From positions 6,742-70,741 of the forward strand of contig JBOGRO010000051.1 in the NCBI GenBank assembly GCA_050749465.1: a stretch of 64,000 bases of DNA, written 5' to 3'. Position 1 is the stretch's first letter, and every line of letters starts with the position of its first letter. Positions 61,146 to 64,000 of the stretch are shown here, piece after piece. The position numbers and the translations under genes were made by a program. Below the pieces are notes generated by a model that was not told where the DNA came from, did no database searches, and worked only from the letters and a program-made list of their open reading frames with translations. This stretch comes from Thermoplasmata archaeon (GTDB lineage: Archaea > Thermoplasmatota > Thermoplasmata > Lutacidiplasmatales > UBA184).

Positions 61146-62332
61146 TCCGCGTCGCCCTCCTTCCCGCCGTGTCGACGCGGCAGGACCGCGGGAAGCTCGG
61201 TCCGGCTCCGGACGACCGCGTGCACGTCCGGTCCGGGGGCCTCCTCGCCGTGGCGCGCCACGTACGCGGTCCGGAAGCCGAGCCGGGCCGCGGGGGGCAG
61301 GTCGTACTCGTAGGCGCCGGAAACGTGCAAAGTCTCCTCGGGGCGCGCCGCGGTCGTCTTGAGAAACCGCACCCAGTGGCCCAGCGCCGGTTTGTACGAC
61401 CGCACCTCCTCCGCGACGATCGTGAGGTCGACCGAGAGTCCGTTCCGCGAGATCGTCGCGTCGAGAAGGTCACGGTCGATGTTCGACAGTATCGCGACGC
61501 GACGTCCCGCTCGGTGCACGGCGTCGAGCGCGGGTCGGGCGTCGGGGAACGTGGGCCACTCCGGCACCGAGGCCGCGATCGCGTCCGCGTCGGCGGCGGA
61601 GACCGAGAGCCCGAGTTGCCGTCCGGCGGCGATCGTGCCCTCCGCGAGGAGCGCGCGGGAGGGACGGTAGGGGGCGGTCTCGATCTCTCGCTCTCGCCGG
61701 AGGTACGCGTCGAACAGCCGGTCGGCGTCGGCAGCGGTCAGCGGGCGAAGGGACTGCCGTGCGGCGAGAGCGAAACCGGCGCGCCAGTCGACCAGTGTCC
61801 CGTAGCAGTCGAACGTGACCCACGCGCCTTCGTCGCGCACGGTGAGGGGAACGACGGACACGGGCTTCCCGTCGGTCATCACGAGGAGCTCGAACGGCGA
61901 CAGCCGGCAGACGGCGTGGGGGTGGCCGGCCGCGGCCCACACCTCCGGGAGCTCGAGCAGGTCGTAATCGACGAACGTCGGGAGCCCGGTTGGGTGCCCC
62001 AGGGGCGGCACTCCCCCGATCGCGAATCCGGTCCGAGAGCGGACGAACTCGGGGTCGGCGCGGTCGAGCGGCTCCCCGACGTACTGCCGCATCCACTGCT
62101 CATCGAGCCGATGGTCCCCGGCGACGAGGCACAGGATCGCCGAGCCCGACGAGCGCCCTCGGAACACGAGCGACTTCACGATCTGCCGCTCGCGGCAACC
62201 CACCGCGAGGGCCGCCTCCGAGGCCGTACGCGTCGACGACGGCAGCTCTCGGACGCGATTGGGGAGGCCCCGCGCGACGAGCGTCGCGTCGACCCGGCGC
62301 GCGGTCGCGTACGCGAGGGTCGACGGCGGCAT
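61142..62332 (-). CDS. fusion of a YbaK/ProX-type aminoacyl-tRNA deacylase domain and a HAD-superfamily (type II haloacid dehalogenase-like) hydrolase
   Basis: ATG 62332. N-terminal half: QIVKSLVFRG...LVAGDHRLD...FAIGGVPPLGH (YbaK/EbsC pattern). C-terminal half: VTFDCYGTLVDW (HAD motif I of the L-DEX type), AILSNID, SYKPALGHW, HVSGAYEYDL. Confidence 0.75.
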   Translation of the reverse strand: MPPSTLAYATARRVDATLVARGLPNRVRELPSSTRTASEAALAVGCRERQIVKSLVFRGRSSGSAILCLVAGDHRLDEQWMRQYVGEPLDRADPEFVRSRTGFAIGGVPPLGHPTGLPTFVDYDLLELPEVWAAAGHPHAVCRLSPFELLVMTDGKPVSVVPLTVRDEGAWVTFDCYGTLVDWRAGFALAARQSLRPLTAADADRLFDAYLRREREIETAPYRPSRALLAEGTIAAGRQLGLSVSAADADAIAASVPEWPTFPDARPALDAVHRAGRRVAILSNIDRDLLDATISRNGLSVDLTIVAEEVRSYKPALGHWVRFLKTTAARPEETLHVSGAYEYDLPPAARLGFRTAYVARHGEEAPGPDVHAVVRSRTELPAVLPRRHGGKEGDAE

Positions 62333-62595
62333 CGTTCTCGCGGCGCGAACTCGGCTCGGTGTAAAGGGTCTCGCCCGATCCGCGGCGGTGGGGTTCGAAC
62401 ATCCGCCGCACGGATCGACGAGCCGCCCCTTCGCGGGGCGATCCGAGGTCCGCGGAATGGGTGGTCGAGCGCGGGGGAGCGAGTCCGCGGGACGTGGCCG
62501 AGTGTGTTTTTGCATCGAAGTACCGCCCGTCCGGATTGGAGAGTCAAGGGGAGGGTGCCCCGGTGAACGGGTGCGAAACGCGCCGACTCCCCGAG

Positions 62596-62604
62596 TTTAA
62601 TATA
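62596..62604 (+). promoter_or_regulatory. TATA box (TTTAATATA) upstream of the APC permease gene
   Basis: Strongly A/T-rich nonamer in the spacer. The predicted transcription start is near 62627-62630. Confidence 0.45.
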
Positions 62605-62668
62605 CCGCCCGCGTTACGGGTTAACAGCCAACACGGGAAGTGGAACGACGGCCGCGAGGAATCCGGAT

Positions 62669-64000
62669 CGTAAACTTCGCCGAGCCCTGAACGTCTACGA
62701 TCTGTTCGGGCTCTCGCTGGGAGGCGTCATCGGTTCGGGATGGCTCCTCGGCAGTAACAAAGCGCTCATTACCGCGGGTCCCGGAGCGATCGTTGCCTGG
62801 GTCGTGGGCGGGATCCTCGCGATCCTGGTTGCCCTCAGTTGGTCCGAGCTCTCGGCGATGGCGCCGCGGTCCGGTGCGATCGTGCGCTACCCATTCTGGA
62901 GCCATGGCAGTTACACCGGGTTCATGTTTGGTTGGGCCTACTTCCTGACCGCCGTATTCGTTCCGGCCATCGAGGTTGAGTCGGTCCTCTTCGGGATCGC
63001 CGCGGTGAGCCCGGGTTACACCAAAGCGCTGACCACGACCAAGGTGTTTCTCGGTACCCCCATCCCGGTGCTCACCTCGGAGGGGGTCTTCTTCGCGGCG
63101 CTCCTCATGATCGGTTTCTTCTTCCTCAATTACTTCGGTGTCCGGTTGCTCGGCAAGGTCAACACGGTCGTCACTGCTTGGAAGGTCATCATTCCGGTCG
63201 TGACGTTTATCACGCTGTTCACGCTGTTCAAATCGGGGAACTTTTCGCTCCTCGCTCCCGGGGCCACCAGCGCGTTCACCCCCTTCGGTTGGACCGCCGT
63301 CTTCTACGCGATCCCGACCTCGGGTGTTTTCTTCGCCTATCTCGGATTCCGGCAGGCCCTCGAGTACGGAGGGGAGGCGAAGAACCCGCAACGCGACATC
63401 CCCATCGCGACGATCGGGACGCTCGTCATCGCCATCGTGCTCTACACCCTGCTTCAGATCTCGTACATCGGTTCGATCAACTGGGCGAATGCGGGCGTCA
63501 CTCCGGGGAACTGGGTCGGGCTCGGCTCGAGCTTCTGGTCGATCCTACCGTTGAAGTACGCGGTGTCGGCCGGTAGCGGTGCCTTTTTCGTCGGGTTCGC
63601 GATCGTGCTCTTGTTCGACTCCTGGATTTCTCCGTCGGGGACCGCGTGGATCTATCTGGGCACCTCGACGCGAAGCCTGTATGGCCTGTCGGTCGAGGGT
63701 TACTTCCCCCGCGCGCTCAACTCGGTGCACGAGACCTGGCGCATCCCTTGGGTCGCCCTGTTGGTCTCGCTCATCGTCGGGACCGCGATTATGGCTCCGC
63801 TCCCGAGTTGGTACGAGCTCGTCGGATTAATCACGAGCACGAGCGCACTGACGTACGTCACGGGGGGTGCCATCCTCCCCGTCTTCCGCAAGTATGCCGC
63901 CGGCCTCCGTCGACCGTTCCGGCTTCCGGTCCCCTGGGTGTTTGCGGGACTCTCGTTCGTGGCCTCGGCGCTGGTGCTGTTCTGGTCCGGCTTCACGCTG
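62669..64000 (+). CDS. APC-superfamily amino acid/polyamine permease, 3' end outside the window, start codon unresolved
   Basis: Hand translation; not in the ORF track because the frame is open to the window edge. RKLRRALNVYDLFGLSLGGVIGSGWLLG...ILAILVALSWSELSAMAPRSGAIVRYPFW...FAYLGFRQALEYGGEAKNPQRDIP... with multiple TM helices. No ATG/GTG/TTG in frame between the stop at 62564 and the GTG at 62804. Confidence 0.8.

Noticed and set aside
1-64000. Mobile elements, integrases, toxin-antitoxin or defence islands, CRISPR arrays, rRNA/tRNA genes
   Set aside because: No transposase, integrase or Cas-like translations, no regularly spaced repeats, and no tRNA- or rRNA-like segments were recognised by eye. 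The only signs of rearrangement are the ABC-2 permease remnant and the interrupted thermopsin-like gene. A tool-based scan is still needed to exclude small elements.

Overview
Very GC-rich archaeal chromosome segment; I did not compute composition. Archaeal markers are ABCE1, GTP cyclohydrolase MptA, an Mre11-Rad50 pair, an RNase P RNA, and A/T-rich TATA-like boxes about 25-35 nt upstream of many start codons, which implies leaderless or short-leader mRNAs. A thermopsin-family gene hints at a Thermoplasmatota- or Crenarchaeota-like lineage, but this is not established. I call about 58 tightly packed protein genes, many joined by 4-nt ATGA/GTGA/TTGA start-stop overlaps, plus one ncRNA and two decayed genes. 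I recognised no rRNA, tRNA, CRISPR array, transposase or integrase. Gene blocks: (1) 0.2-18.7 kb is a sulfur and Fe-S block. It holds a SufT-like gene, sufC-sufS, sufB, sufD, sufU, a ferredoxin plus B12-radical-SAM pair, and an operon of ArsR-type regulator, CysM-like cysteine synthase, JAMM protease and a fused Ubl(GG)-E1-rhodanese protein. This block also contains mptA, a MacB-type ABC transporter and ABCE1. (2) 20-24 kb is mre11-rad50. (3) 25-36 kb is accessory redox and catabolic genes: an orphan xanthine-dehydrogenase-family large subunit with an M20 peptidase and a MaoC dehydratase, an MFS transporter, a crotonase, an aminotransferase, and SDR-StyA-like-StyB-like genes. (4) 36.4-37.6 kb is a thermopsin-like gene interrupted by two in-frame TAG codons. 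(5) 40-53 kb is a CoxM/S/L/G-like molybdoenzyme operon convergent with a seven-gene operon (3 SDRs, hydantoinase A/B, FAH, HMGL-type synthase). (6) 53-64 kb holds the H+-PPase, ThrRS, a HisA-like gene, RNase P RNA, an ABC-2 permease remnant, an EamA transporter, a YbaK-HAD fusion and an APC permease. The most interesting observations are the single-polypeptide Ubl-E1-rhodanese with JAMM and CysM, a 13-nt sequence shared by two suf promoters next to a Cys-rich ArsR regulator, the double-TAG thermopsin gene, and the uncharacterised hydantoinase/SDR/FAH/HMGL operon. I found nothing I can defend as an entirely new system. Long Arg/Pro/Gly-rich shadow ORFs are common in this composition and were discarded.
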